Assembly: GCA_028023455.1 (NCBI GenBank)
Contig: JAQFVV010000005.1
Coordinates: forward strand, 12,028,001-12,092,000
Direction: 5' to 3'
DNA: 64,000 nucleotides
From: Epiperipatus broadwayi
Taxonomy: Eukaryota; Animalia; Onychophora
Each line of letters begins with the position of its first letter. The stretch's first letter is position 1. Below the pieces are notes generated by a model, which made no database searches, was not told where the DNA came from, and saw only the letters and a program-made list of their open reading frames with translations. The position numbers and the translations under genes are program-made. Below are positions 47,850-61,469 of this stretch, piece by piece.

Positions 47850-50400
47850 AAATATTAAGAATTGCAGGTTTATCTACCTCAGCTGTCTTCTAATGATTAT
47901 TTCTTACTTAGTTACCTTCAATTTCAGATCATTTTCAAGACCATCAGACTGAATAAATTAGAATTATCAGGACCCTGTTGAATTTTGTAAAGTTAAAAGA
48001 TAAAACATTTGATTTGCTATACATGGATATATATTATACTACAAATACACCCATTAAATGAGATTCATTATGGAAAAACAACACAAAGGAGATAGATGTA
48101 TCAGATGGAATTATAAGATTACTTATATAACTTAATTGAAGGTATTGAATATAAATAGTTCAGGTTTATGCCTGTGACAAACTCTTATTCTGATAAAAGA
48201 TATATAGATTGCTTTTTATTGGCCAAATAACATTTAAAGCTAGCATGAGATTTTTAATGCTAGAATTAGAGAATAATTCAAAGATAAATGTTCTATGAAT
48301 AAAAATGGTCAAGACAGAAATGAAGGATAAAAAATTGTGGACCAAAAAATCTGTACACTATAAATTCTTTCTTTGAAAAAAAAATTAACAATTCTAATTA
48401 GAAATGAAAATGAAAGCATCCAAATGAAAGTACACCAGATTTGTCTTATATTTTGACTAATAAAAAATATGAATTTCAAAATTGCAATGTACTTAACAGA
48501 TTCAACACGAGATGAATCTGATTAATAAGATAAAAAGCAAAGCCAGAGAGACTGAAGCTACCAATAAAATCTTTCATCTCCGACCTTCAAAATATTCAAA
48601 TGGACTTAAACTAAAACATGTAGTTTTTTTTTAAAAAAATTAACAGAATTTAATGACTTCTCATGCTTAATCATTTAACAAGAAGATAATTCATTTTTTA
48701 TTATGGATTGTTACATGAAAGAAGAAATTTATCGAAAATTTTTTATCTAAGAAGGGGTAATGTATGAAAAAAAATTTTTTTAATGATTTATTAATAATCC
48801 AATATCTGGAATCCTAAAAAATTATTTATAAGAATTAATGATGACATAAAAAACACTAACTATGAATTAACAAAAAAAGCTATAGAAAAAAAAGACAATC
48901 TTACTATTAAAAGAAATGTTTTGGCAATAAAAAGAAAATTTGGCATTACTATTAACAAAAAGATTCAGCATTATGAAATATGCACAATTGTTTGATAAAG
49001 AACTATATAATAATAATGATCAAGAAATGCCAAGTATTTTAAATGAAGAGATTAGATTTGCAATTAAGTTATGAAGATTGGATAAGCTTGACAAAATCAT
49101 AGAAATATTTAAAAAAAAATGCAAATTAAGAAATAGAGAAACTATTAGCAAAGTTACATGTTAAATAATAAAGAACAAGCAAATGACTGAAAGTCTTATT
49201 GAAACTTAAAAATAAAACTGTTAGAAATTACAGACCTTTACTAAGATCATTACAATTCACCTGCATAGAAATTAGCACAATAATCACATCCAAGTATTAA
49301 AAGAAATAACAGAAAATTATAAAGAACCTATTAAGCATTGGACTTGTAGATTATGAAAGTGTTTGATTCTTTAAATATTTTCATAGTAATTAAAGGTTTG
49401 TAATATAAAATATAGAACTACAATAATGTCAACATCTGAAGCATATTTACCAAAATACAGTAGCATTGATTTAATTTCATAGTAATAAGCAAATTCATAT
49501 TAGTAAAGGTATTAGACATATCTCCAAAACAAAGTTTCATGGGAAGTTGTTTATGGATTAAGTTAAAAAACAGAAAACAAAAATAAGTGGAGATTATTTA
49601 ACTCATCTAAATTTTACAGAAGATATTATTTTTGAAAATATTACTTCAGTGCAGAAAAAATAAGAAAATCTATTAAATGAAAGTAAAAAATAGAACTATT
49701 ATTATAATATTAATTCAGAATTTTAGGAAATGTTGAAAATTTATTAAACGAAAGTAAAATTAAGTGAAAATAAAAAGTAAAAATAAATGCTAAAGTCATC
49801 ATTAGCATTTATTAAAGTAATATTAAATGGCTTTTCAATACTTAAAAACTGATAGTAATTAATTAGACATCAATAGCAACCACAAATAACCTTGATTAGA
49901 TTATTAATGCTATTGGAAACATAATAGATAAAATTAAATCATTAATTGAATTTGGAAGGAGTTAATTTTAGAATATGTATTTGAAATAGGTTTATAGTAA
50001 ATATGCTTTACTAATATTTAGATAATGACATGAAATTTGGATGCTTAATAGAAGAGCAGTACAAATACTTTATACTATATGGTGACAAATAGAGATATAT
50101 ATATACTAGAAGTAACAGAAATCAGAAAGAAAATATATAGATAAGTGAACAAATAGATATCATTGAAAGAATAAAGTTGAAATGGAACTGGGTCTGAAAA
50201 GTTTCAAGAAAAAACGATAACATGGTCAATAAAGCAACTTAATCTGCATCCTAAGAAATTAACTAGATTAATGACATAAATAAGTTTTCTGATTTGAAAA
50301 AGAGAGGCTATTAGATGAAAGAAAATGAATTAAATAAAAACCATTTTGCAATGGGTCAATAATGACCAGAAATAAATGTTACTAAATAAAATTCTGAATA
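47850..50400 (+). pseudogene. RTE-clade LINE relic (endonuclease through RT tail)
   Basis: Broken frames give EEIYRKF, EEIRFAIK, LVDYE..FD, ISKGIR, LTHLNFTEDII, ILYGD and IKLKWNWV, in RTE order. Confidence 0.6.
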
Positions 50401-50960
50401 GATTATAAACAAAAGCATTAAGAAACATTCTGTAGATCATCATTTCAACTGATAATAATAGCTGATTATTAGCAAATGTAAATTTACAAGTGAAAAAAAA
50501 AATATTTTCTTGCTTATAATAAATTTAATTGAAAAACTACATTTTTTAAATCTGTATCATACGAGGTTATTACATATAAACTGTTCCAGAACCAGTCATA
50601 AAAGAAAAATCAAATTTCTATCAGATATCAATTTTCAAATACTTTCTATCACTAAAAATATTATTGTGTAGCTACTATAGAATATAAATTTTATTAAAAA
50701 AGTAGCTATTTATCAACCATTCCAATCAAACTTAGTGAGTTAATGTCAACCAAATTGATAAAACAGATTCAATTCATAAGTGACCTCACAATAACTTTTA
50801 TGCTTGTCTGATAACAAAAATCATCTCCAAAGGTGTTTCTTGATTAATCAAATAGTATCATGATTCTGATAAACAATTACCTATGATTGCTGTTTTGGAT
50901 AGCAATATTTCATAATAATTACTAAAAAAAATTTCTATCTACTTTTTTTTATATAGATAT

Positions 50961-53900
50961 TGTAACAGTCTGAACATCCACGCAACAAAATCCAGAGTTT
51001 TGGTAAATTATACCAAGGCTGATCTAGATGAGGGTTTGAGACCAAATTTGACCGCACCTCAGCTCCTTCACCAATACTCCCTGACTTACTACCTTATGAA
51101 TGACATATATGAGGTTACATTCGTAATCTCTCAATTTCCGCGCCGGCAATAGCAAAGGGTAAAACGAGAGACTCGGGGATATTTAACTAAATGTTTTATA
51201 GCTTAACCAAACACCCTCACACAACCTATGGCTGATTATCTCATGCATATAAAATCATTATGGATGGTGATTTAATATAAATAAAGTGAATAATACTGCA
51301 GACGTTAATAGATTTTAAAATTATTTAATATTGACAAAACACAAACAATAACAATTTAATATACTGTATATTCCACTCGCAGGTGGGATGGTGAAAATAC
51401 GCACTACATGTTCTGTAATCAATTGTACTTAACGATCATTATTTTATTATATCGTTTATACGTTAATAATTATCTTACGTCTATACTGATATCTAAATTA
51501 TGTTCTGCCATTCCTACTCAGTATGTTAAGGGTTAAACTCTAAGAGAGTGGGAACTTTATACAATGTGTACTTAAATTTATCATTACGTGATGAACAGTC
51601 AATGTGCTCTTTATGTAGATATTCTTAGATAAACTAGATCTTAGGTTCAGATCAATGCTGAACAATTAATATACAGCAGATGAACTGGCGTTTTGTAGCA
51701 TAACTTCTGAGGCTATGGGCTATGCAAATTACATCAGATGCGTCTTGAATGCGCTTTTACTCATGAGATTCAGTAACGTTTGCTCAGTTCTCAGATACCA
51801 CTCGCCTGCTATACATAACTTTTAGTTCGGATGCTCGAACAGCCATGATATAAGATGCTGGATTCTGGTGTTCCAGTTCTGGAGGAGGTAATGGGAATGA
51901 TCCTTAAAATCACTATCCCATTCAAGAGAGGGCTGTCCGAACTAAGGATGATAAGATAGTCCTTAAAACCTAATCTTATCTTAATAATTATATGATAGCA
52001 AGGCGGAATGCACCTCAGTGCTTCGTAAAAACTCATTCACAATGCTTTTGGAATCTTAATTATAACAACTAGTAAAGCGCGAAATCTATAGTTTCTTCTG
52101 CAAACTACCCTACGCCAGTTAGTTAAATAAACACTGAAATTGTGCTAAAGAGGACTTTATTAAAATTGATCTAGTTTATTAATTAACTACATATTATATG
52201 CAATTACATTAATGGAGTCTAAAGCATATCTGGGGCTTAAACTTGGCTAACTACTGAATATGCCTTAAATTATCACTCTCTTTTATTTAACCAAACAAAC
52301 CTTTTAATAAGCAACATATGTGATATTAAGCTATGCATAGCAGTTCAAATAATACATCAAAGTAGGTTTCGGACCAGAGACAATCTATAGATATGCCAAA
52401 CAGCATAATTACTTTACTTGAGAACAAAACGTCTCTTTAAGTTTATAATAATTAATAGTCTCTGCTCCGAAGGCAAAGCATAAATCAATAAATGCATTTT
52501 AACAATATATATATAGATGCAAAAGTATAGACGCAAATAGAGAAAATAATAAGGCAAATAAGCTTTTATAAGTTGAATTTAAAAAAAGAGATTTAAGAAT
52601 TTGAGATCTGGCAAGATTTACATTTAACTTTTAAAGTATTTTAAAATTATACAGGTTGAGATATGTTTATCTAATACAGTTAATTACTTTAAGAGAGAAT
52701 ACACCTTTTAAACATAGTGTGATTAATTTATAAGATTTGAATGGAAGAGTTTGTGCACGTTACTTATTATATAGCTAGCTTTAGGAAAGATTTATAGATG
52801 GCTATAGCTTTTAGATTTAGCTTGATTGAGAAGTGGTTACCGGTTATTTATCTGGAGGCTTGCAGCTGGCAGTATGAAACATACACGCATGGACTGATTT
52901 ATCTGAGCTGGTTCATCGATGGGCTATTCTTTCAGTAGGGCTGTGGTTTGAGTCTCCAGTCTCCATAAACGGTTCTTGACCATCGGGAAGATGGCCTTAG
53001 CTTTTCTAGCCACTTATTTGCATGGTAAAAACTGGGCCCACTGCCTGGATATAAGTTGAAACACGAGTAAAGCAAAAATGGATGACGATTTCCTTTCAAC
53101 TGGCCTTTTTATATTTCTTTAACCCTCGCCTCTTACAGTTCATTCACAATCTTTATTTTTAGACTTTAAAACCTAAGAAGTCTTAATTGCATCAACTTCA
53201 AACGAATCGGTTGATTGATTTCAGGTTTAAGGTTTATTCATTGTTCCTTTTATTTTTCTCAGATTCCAGTTCCAATCTGGATTTCAGTGCAGGTTTAATT
53301 GTCCAATTTTTATTTTATTAAGAATCCTAAAATCTGGATTTGTACCGGCGGTGTCTCATGAGATTGGTAAAGTTCTTTTTTTTTTTCTTTCTTTAAACAT
53401 TGGATTGCTTCTCCTTTTCTTTTCCTGAAAGAGATTTAAGCTGCTAGCATTTTATCATAGACGTGAGAAATCTACATTTGTTTTTAGTTGCTCTACGTGA
53501 TTAAGTAATTGGTTAACCTCAAAGCCAGTTTGAAATACTTTAGAGAAGTCTGTTCTTATCTAATACAATTTTCCCAGCTTGAAACCAATTCAATTATTTA
53601 AAATCATAAGATGAATATTTATAAAATTATAAGGTGTGTACGTTATATAACGATAATATCATTCAGATGTGAATAAACCATTTTTTTAGCAAATAAAATT
53701 ATTACAAAATATATATACAATTATAGCAGACGTGTGTGCATATACAATTACACACATATACGTGTAAATATACGTTTTTTATACATGTTAAATTCCCAAG
53801 TATATTGTTATATATATATGTACCTTTAGGGTTTGAACTAGGGAAATGAAGGCTACTGATTTATAGAATAGGTGAAACGTATGATGATGAAATCATACAT

Positions 53901-53961
53901 AATGAAGGCTACTGATTTATAGAATAGGTGAAACATATGATGATGAAATCATACTGTTTCA
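50961..53961 (-). mobile_element. Long solo LTR (3001 bp)
   Basis: TGTAACAG...CTGTTTCA with ATAT on both sides (50957-50960, 53962-53965). Its right end shares AGGGTTTGAAC and ATACTGTT with the right end of the Gypsy LTR at 13640-13665, which suggests the same orientation. Confidence 0.78.
53845..53954. repeat. 56-bp tandem duplication at the LTR end
   Basis: AATGAAGGCTACTGATTTATAGAATAGGTGAAAC.TATGATGATGAAATCATAC occurs at 53845 and 53901. Confidence 0.92.
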
Positions 53962-54049
53962 ATATAAATCGAAATAAAAAATTTTCTTAAGATCAAGTGG
54001 CCCAAATTCACAAATCCCTATAGGATTCCAATAATTTTGAAGTTATCAT

Positions 54050-56050
54050 ATGATTAACATATTTTAAAATTTTACCAGATTTCATTAGGAAACACAATAT
54101 TTCCATATTTAATATTGCAAAAAATAATAATAATTTCATCATATTGGATATTCTAAACAAAGGCAAATGAATCAATAAGTTAAGTATATCATTAAACACA
54201 GGCATCTAATTTTTATATCATTTTCAAATGGTAATAAAAATATTTGCTCCACATATTATTATAGTTATGATAAACTTTTTCAGATCCATGTTGTTTTCAA
54301 CATGACAGAAAAAAATTATTTAAACTTCAGCAAATGACTATCTCTTTTGCATTTTTAATTCACCAATCACCATAAGTTTTCTTAGCAGTAGTTGAACTTC
54401 TTCTTTGAAATTCTACATTCATTTAATCAGATTTCAAGTAGAATGTCATGTTTCCTTTAATCAGATAACTATAAATGCAATAACTGTCATAGAAATTTAG
54501 GATTTTCTTTTTTGTGTGAACATAAGAGCAGACTTACTTAATCCAATATACACTTTTTAGAATTTATACCTCAATAGCATGGTCAGTATGTAAAGCCAAA
54601 TTGGCAGTTTTAATATTTAACAGCTAATAAAATTGAGCTTAATTAGTCAGTATTTTTGAAGAATAAACACCTGATTTCTTAATATGTTTAGAGTATGGTC
54701 CACATTTCATGTAATAACCATGTTAACCTCAGAGTACTAATTTATGATTTGTCTAATTGCAAATACAATTGCTTATATAATATTAATTTCTTTTATGCAA
54801 CCAAATTTCTGCAAATAAATTTTTCTAACTAAGTGTGATAATCAATCCACGAATCAAAAAATGCTTTAACATACAAACTATTCAAAATCATATAGGTTTC
54901 AAATTTAGCAGCTGTTTCTAAAAATGAGACATTTCATAAAATCAAGAGTTCCAAATAATCAATAAGATATCTTGGTTGATAAGCATGACACACATTTAAG
55001 TTGTTTGTGTAGAGGTCATTAGAATATCAAATCAATCATTAGTAAAGCAAAAATTAAAAAATCTAACGAATCAAAACTGACTATTTATTTAAAAAATGTT
55101 TAGCAAGAATAATGCGAGTTCAAAATCCTATATAAATAAATGTATTATCTGCCAAGGACTTATCATTTGACAGAACAATAAAACACTAAAATAAATAAGA
55201 AAATGATAGCAGTGGCTGCTAATTTTTATTCTTTGTGACTATTTGGCATAAAAATCCACTCTTTCAAGATTCCCAATACTCTCTTTATTATAATCATTTG
55301 AAAGAAATTATGAAAGATAACGAAGCAGTCGTCCATTTATTTTTTTCAAAAAATTATTAATGTGATGAAGCTCAATTATTTCACTCATTAAATAAATCCT
55401 TCTCCTACGTGTGCAATAAACTGTAGAAATCAGAGTAATTTCATCTAAAACAAGATATTATTGCAAAATACTTATTCCAAAAAAGGGATAGAGTTCTTTT
55501 CTTCAATTGGATAAGGTTCCTGATATTATTGTAATATATTTAATTGCAAAAAGACAGGCAGTCTAACATGTCCAATGGGTCAGCTGATTATTGTCATAAT
55601 AGGAACATTTTTTAAATGTATGTAACTGTAAACAGGATTTTGAAAATGGTAGTATCTTTATGCTATCATCCTATAAAAAAATTGTGATGATTTAATAAGC
55701 AATCAAATCACTTTTAGTCAAAAACTAATCTACATAAAAATACTTAGGACAAATCTCGTCCTTTCTTTCTATATCTGTTCATATATTTAAAACCCTACCC
55801 TGCTATTAGTTTTGAAAACTAGATTTCATTATCTCATTAATCCAACAATCTTTCCTATTTTTAAAGCTACTGAAAAGTTTTAATTATTAAAATACAATAA
55901 AACAGAGGTATGCAACCTTTTGGTATTTCTGATCTGCATTGGAATATGCAATTGTTTCAGGCCATACAGAGTCCTTTAAAATCATAGAGGAAGTACCAAG
56001 TTTGTGATCACTAATAGAGAAAATGTACATATCTAAGCAATAAAACACCA
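54050..56050 (-). pseudogene. Degenerate LINE ORF2 relic, clade unresolved
   Basis: Minus strand fragments such as AIVFAIRQII (post-STTDAI region) and ADPLDM/DHW-like endonuclease-end sequence. Many stops. Confidence 0.4.
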
Positions 56051-57160
56051 TTGATGTCTTATATATATATTTTATTATAAAAGTAAAACAAGGATCCTAT
56101 TTGAGTGCATAGGTACATTTACTTTAATCACATTCTGACATGCAATCACAAAAAATTATCATTATGATTTTGGATTGGATCACATTCATAACCATCCTGG
56201 GCTTCAAGTTAGACACCATTGCCATAGAACATACATGTGATATTCAGACATAAAAATAATATAAAAATGGACGAACATTTATCTTCTATTAAAAATTATA
56301 ATTACAAATTAAATGATTGATTATGTAACAAAAAAACACTTATTTATAATTGTTTAATATAGAAGAAAATATAAATATAAAAGTTTATCGGCTTAACGTT
56401 TTCAAGGATCCATGCCTCAAATTCATGATTGATTGTTTTTATTTTTATTTTGAATATAAATCACCTAAATCTAGTTTGATTAGTCAACAACAAATTTATT
56501 ATTTCAATACAAAAAGACATTCAATAACATTTTATCTTCATAATAAGAGTGAATGGAAAAAAGTTGTTTATACATATAACAGATTATTACCTATACTGAT
56601 ATTTAGATTTTGTTTTTTGAATTATTTTTTTTTAATTTACTAATATGTTACATAATAAATGAATCTTGAAAATATTATTTATATATTGATGTAACTAGAT
56701 AGATAGAATGAAAATATTTTTATTATAATTAATATCTCATGTCATCGTGTTTATTCATAGGCTTCCAAGAGATTGAATAGTATAAAAAAGTAAAAGAAGG
56801 CTTCTACATGTATAAAGACCTTAGCTCCAGCTTAGAATTCTAGTTTTCACTGATGCAAAAGCTAAAAACTGGTCAGTCTAGAAATGGTATGGATAATTGC
56901 TTGAGTTTTTTATTAAATTATCATTAACATAGATTTATTGGTATAAAAATGTGTCATCTTAATGTAGCTATATATTAATGTATAGCTATGTATATATAGA
57001 TAGATACCCACATATTCTTTTACAAGATTTTTCCATTCATATGTAGTTTTTTCTTGTTTGTTTGTTTCTTTATTTTTAAATAATTAGTCTCATTTTTGTT
57101 GTTAAAATCTTTAAATATTATATATGTAAAAAATTTTAAGTAAAGTAATTCATATAGATA

Positions 57161-57601
57161 CAGTTCGTTGACCCCAGCACAGGTGCCCACACCAGATCAT
57201 TGAGCGGCTGTGGTGGGCTACTGAAGTGGCAGAATAAAAAACAGCATGGCACAGCCTGCCAATCCCTGGACAACTACCATGCCAAATTTATGTGGCGATG
57301 CCTTCACAAAGATGAGGACCTGTTCAGGGCCATCCTAGCTGAGATGATGTCCACAACCAGAAACAAGTTTAAAAAGACATTTAGCGAAAGTATTATTGAA
57401 ATGCATGTTTTGTGCAGTTTTTTTTTTTAATCAATGTGTGTTGTTGTTGTTGTGATTTCTTTGTAACGCAATCAATGAAAATACTTTTTATAACGTAAAT
57501 TAGAAGGCAGAAAAAAAATTGGCCGGTCCGGAAACGTATATTATGTTTTTGGCCAGAAACAGCGCCATCAAGTGATGTACACTGGTTAATATAACAGTAC
57601 C
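57161..57601 (+). mobile_element. Merlin (IS1016/ISXO2-like) DNA transposon, 3' fragment with right TIR
   Basis: FVDPSTGAHTQIIERLW then, after a frameshift, LKWQNKKQHGTACQSLDNYHAKFMWR...DLFRAILAEM, the typical ISXO2 C-terminus. It ends GGTTAATATAACAGTACC, a GGT-starting TIR on the reverse strand. Confidence 0.82.
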
Positions 57602-59599
57602 AAAAATGGTATTTATGGCTATGCAAGATTTAGTGCAGTGGCAGAAAGTGAGATTCTGGAGTATAAAGTCCTCAGATTGATTCCAGTTCTGGCATTTCCA
57701 GCGTTTGAACTTCTTACGAACTCTCAAACAATATAGCCATTCTATTATATATTTTACTTACAATATCTATTCAAATTAATTTTAATGCCGTATTTGAGCT
57801 TGAGGATTATTATATATGTCATCCATAACAAGTTTAAACACTGAGAATCTAAATATTTTTATCTGCTTTGAATTTTTATTTGATAAAAAGTTATTTTTAA
57901 TACAATGAATTTTCTCTAACAATCAAAACATCTAATTACTTTTTAACAAAAAAAAAGTTTATTATTGAAGTTAAAAATATTATAATTATATATTATATCC
58001 ATAAATTTCAACCCAAATATATATAAACTGTAAAGCTGATTTCCTCAAGCACAATAAATGAATATGGCATAAATAGGCTAAGGCAGTACATTTAAAAGTG
58101 TAATAAACAATGCATTACAATTCATTCTAGCACTGTTTCCCAATTAGCATGCTAGTTTAGAAAACATTTCATTTTCTTGATAATCTTTCATAATTTTGTA
58201 GAATATTTGTAAACTTTCATGGAATATTAGCTATAAACTGCTGCTCTAATCAAATAAAGGAATTGAAAAAATAAAAAAACAATTTCAAATTTTTTAAATA
58301 TGTTTTCAAAATGATGAGGAATGCAGATGATTTTTTTTTCAAAATTTAATATCAAATCTTTTTTGAAAAATACCAATATGAAACTTTTGTATTCATAATA
58401 TCGATGGAAAAATAACAACTTAAAAGCAGAATAAAATAACTTGTTTCATTTTTCTAGATTGATTCAAAATTGAAAAAAAACTTGTTTTCATGTGAATACA
58501 TACAACAAATTTAATTTTTGAGAAATTCACAAACACGTCATGAATTTTTGTGGTCAGCCATGATAAAAGAAACTATATACAATACAGTACTATTATTACA
58601 ATCTATACTGCTAATGTAATAAGTTAACTAAAATTGGATAACATGAAATGAAATGATTTTTATTCTTTCCTATTTTCACACTGTAATAACTCTCTGCGAC
58701 ACTAAACCAAAATACAAGTAAAATATGGTTATTCCAATATTCTTTCTTTTCCAAATTAGGAATTACTTTTGGCCTAAGTAATCTCTTAATAATACATCTC
58801 TTGCTCCCCTCCACCGCAATATAAAACTTGCAGATAATTTAAATAAATATAAACTGAATTAACTACAATTTTGAAAAAACATTAATCTTTTTTTTTTTTT
58901 TTTGTATTGAATTTATTCTTATTACTATAAAATTGTTTAAAGTTTAAAATAATAAACAATTACAGTTTTCTCTTACTTTACTAATTGTAAATATTAAATA
59001 ATAATAAAGCAATTAACATTTTAAAAAAAATTGCCATCAAAAACTAAACATAAATTAATTAATGCAAGTCCTTTCATTTAAATATTTAGAATGTGAACAA
59101 TTCATTTAATACACACTGTCCGCTAAACTTCATTTCATAGCAGTTGGATTTCATCTTTTTTAAATGTTTTAATTGATTTTGGAAAATCTGTTTGTTAATT
59201 TTTGATCTTTTTCAAGTTAGAATGAAATTTTAAAATCAGGCTTAATATATTTAAATTCAATAGAATTGCTTGAAAATTGATATATATATTAAGTTGTAAC
59301 ATCATAATCCATTTGAAACACTTATCTTTTCAGTATGTCAACTAGTTTGATAGATATGGAACAGAAGGCAGGAAAAATATGAAAAATATTCAATAATTTC
59401 ACATTTTGCTGTTAACAATTATTCTTAGAATTTTCATTTGGTTTAAATGGTTGCAAGAGAGCAGTTTAATTTTTTTTTCTTTTAATTTAATAACATTTTA
59501 AAAATTATTTTAAACTCTTAATGTATATGTACTATTATGTATACATACTAAATATGATATATTTATAAGAAGTATACATTTTACCTTATAGTAGAAATA

Positions 59600-59880
59600 T
59601 CTCATCATCATCATCATCAACTATTATCAATCCACTGCAGGATGAAGGTCTCTCCAAGTTTAATCCATCTTCTCCAATCTTTAGCTTCTCTTTTCCACAA
59701 CACCCCTGCACATTTTCTTATTTCATCCATCCATCTCACATGTGGTCTCATTCTGGGTCTTTTACAATCTCTTGGAATCCAGTTTAAAATTTCAATTGTC
59801 CATCTATTATTATTTCTTCTAGCAATATGTATCAACTATTTTAAACTCTTAATACCAACTATAAATGTCCAGTCAATTTA
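59600..59880 (-). mobile_element. 5'-truncated RTE LINE 3' end with (TGA)n tail
   Basis: ORF 59617-59835 HIARRNNNRWTIEILNWIPRDCKRPRMRPHVRWMDEIRKCAGVLWKREAKDWRRWIKLGETFILQW is the classic RTE C-terminus. (TCA)n lies at 59602-59619 on the + strand. Confidence 0.85.
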
Positions 59881-60412
59881 AAGTATGATATGGTTTTACA
59901 TTTTCAATAAATGTGCTAATACTAAAAACTTGAAAATGAGAGAATATTTTTATATACTAAAAGCTTTTATTAACTGTGCACTAAAAAGAAATAAAAGAAT
60001 TGTTTCTTCAAGTACGATGACTCAGGAAGAATATGTAGTTGTAGCTATGGTTTAATATATATCCAATTTTAAACAATTAATGGATAACTAACCACTCATA
60101 AGAAAAAAAATTTTCATGTGGTCGGAGAAATAAAAATAATTGTCAGTTGAATCCTTGCAAAACCTATAAATATTCTAATAAATAAATGAGATTGGATACA
60201 AGATTACAAAGATAGCATCAAGACAATACTAGCTTAGCAGCAGCCAGGAAACCAAAGCATATCAAAGGCAGTCAGACAGCAAGAAGCCTAAGAACTGCAA
60301 TAGGAACAAGACTGAAATCTATTAAACAATCACAGCAATTATCAATAAGATAGTTGAAAGATTATATTATTTGTCAAATATTATTTACAGATCTCTGATT
60401 ACAACAGAATTT

Positions 60413-60431
60413 TGGCGATTGAAGGTGGGAT
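60413..60431 (+). other. Primer-binding site, tRNA-Ser-like
   Basis: TGGCGATTGAAGGTGGGAT lies six bases after the LTR end ATTACAACA. It resembles the complement of a tRNA-Ser(GCT) 3' end with mismatches. Confidence 0.5.
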
Positions 60432-60588
60432 CTGTGAAATATCGAAGGGATTTCAAGTAATAAAGATATTAAGAACAGAAGCCCGAGTATTTAGGAATGT
60501 GAAATTGCTGAACAAGCTCTGGTAAACATTTTTTTTCTTTATTTTAGAGCATATATATATTGATATTGTGGTGAATTATTGTTAGTTT

Positions 60589-61010
60589 ATGATATCTTCT
60601 AAAGATATAATTGAAGAATTTGACCTTACCTTTCTTGACCAATGGCCATCATACCTGAATAGGTTTAGATTTTATGAATCAGCAAATGAAGTGAAGTTGG
60701 CCATCTTAATTAGCATATGGTGCTACCATCTAGAAAGTGTTGTTTTCACAAACAGCCCCTATACAAGTGACTGGATTAATTAAGAAAGAGATGGAAGTCA
60801 TTACTTCTTATTCTTCTCCTAAACTATTAAGAATTATGTAACAGTGTAAGAAATATCAATGTAATCAGCTTGAAAATAAGAAGTCAGATGAATATACCAC
60901 AACATTGAGAAAAATGGCATTATTATATGAATTTGGAAAATTTTATAGAAGATGCACTTAGGGATAGATTTATTTGTGGGATGATAAACCATTCCCATAA
61001 AATTAAACTC
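60589..61010 (+). pseudogene. Mag-type gag remnant
   Basis: DQWPSYLNRFRFYESANEVKLAIL and LRKMALLYEFGKFIEDALRDRFICG (frameshift-corrected). Confidence 0.75.
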
Positions 61011-61469
61011 TTAATGGATAGTACAAATCTTTGAAGCAGCTATATCACTAGCCAGCATGCAGGAAGAAACAATTAGCCAGTCTGCAACTTTAATCAGGAA
61101 AAGCTATGTGAAGTGATTCATGAGGTTGTACAATACAAAACAATCAAGACAAGTACGGAAACAAATAACAAGGATGCTAATAATGTAAGTTACAAACATG
61201 AGTCTGTCCAGATTATGGCAATTTATTGTCAGAAGATTAAACACAATGAAGCAGACGACATCTTAAAAAGAAACAGGGCAATATTAGTAACTATAGTAAC
61301 ATTAATTAAAGTACAAATTTAATAATTTGAGTAATAGTAACAAACAACCTTATTCTAAATCTGAAAATAAAGTTGGCAATAGAAATGATAAAAATGTGAA
61401 TATTACTGCTAAACAAAGAATTGTTTCTACAGTCTCAGATCAAGTAGTCATTAACAGGGTTCCTATAAT

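Noticed and set aside
50558-50950. TACGAGG start resembling a mariner TIR
   Set aside because: No matching second TIR or transposase motif was found.
53845-53954. Hammerhead-like reading of the 56-bp duplication (ATGAAG...TAGGTGAAACGTA)
   Set aside because: It lacks a CUGANGA or 3-8-compensated core in register with helix II; kept only as a tandem repeat.
56083-56120. VKQGSYLS resembling the RT motif GVxQGxxLSP
   Set aside because: Too short and isolated.
57500-57727. ORF RVRKKFKRWKCQNWNQ... next to the Merlin TIR
   Set aside because: It spans the TIR boundary and has no recognisable domain or splice support.
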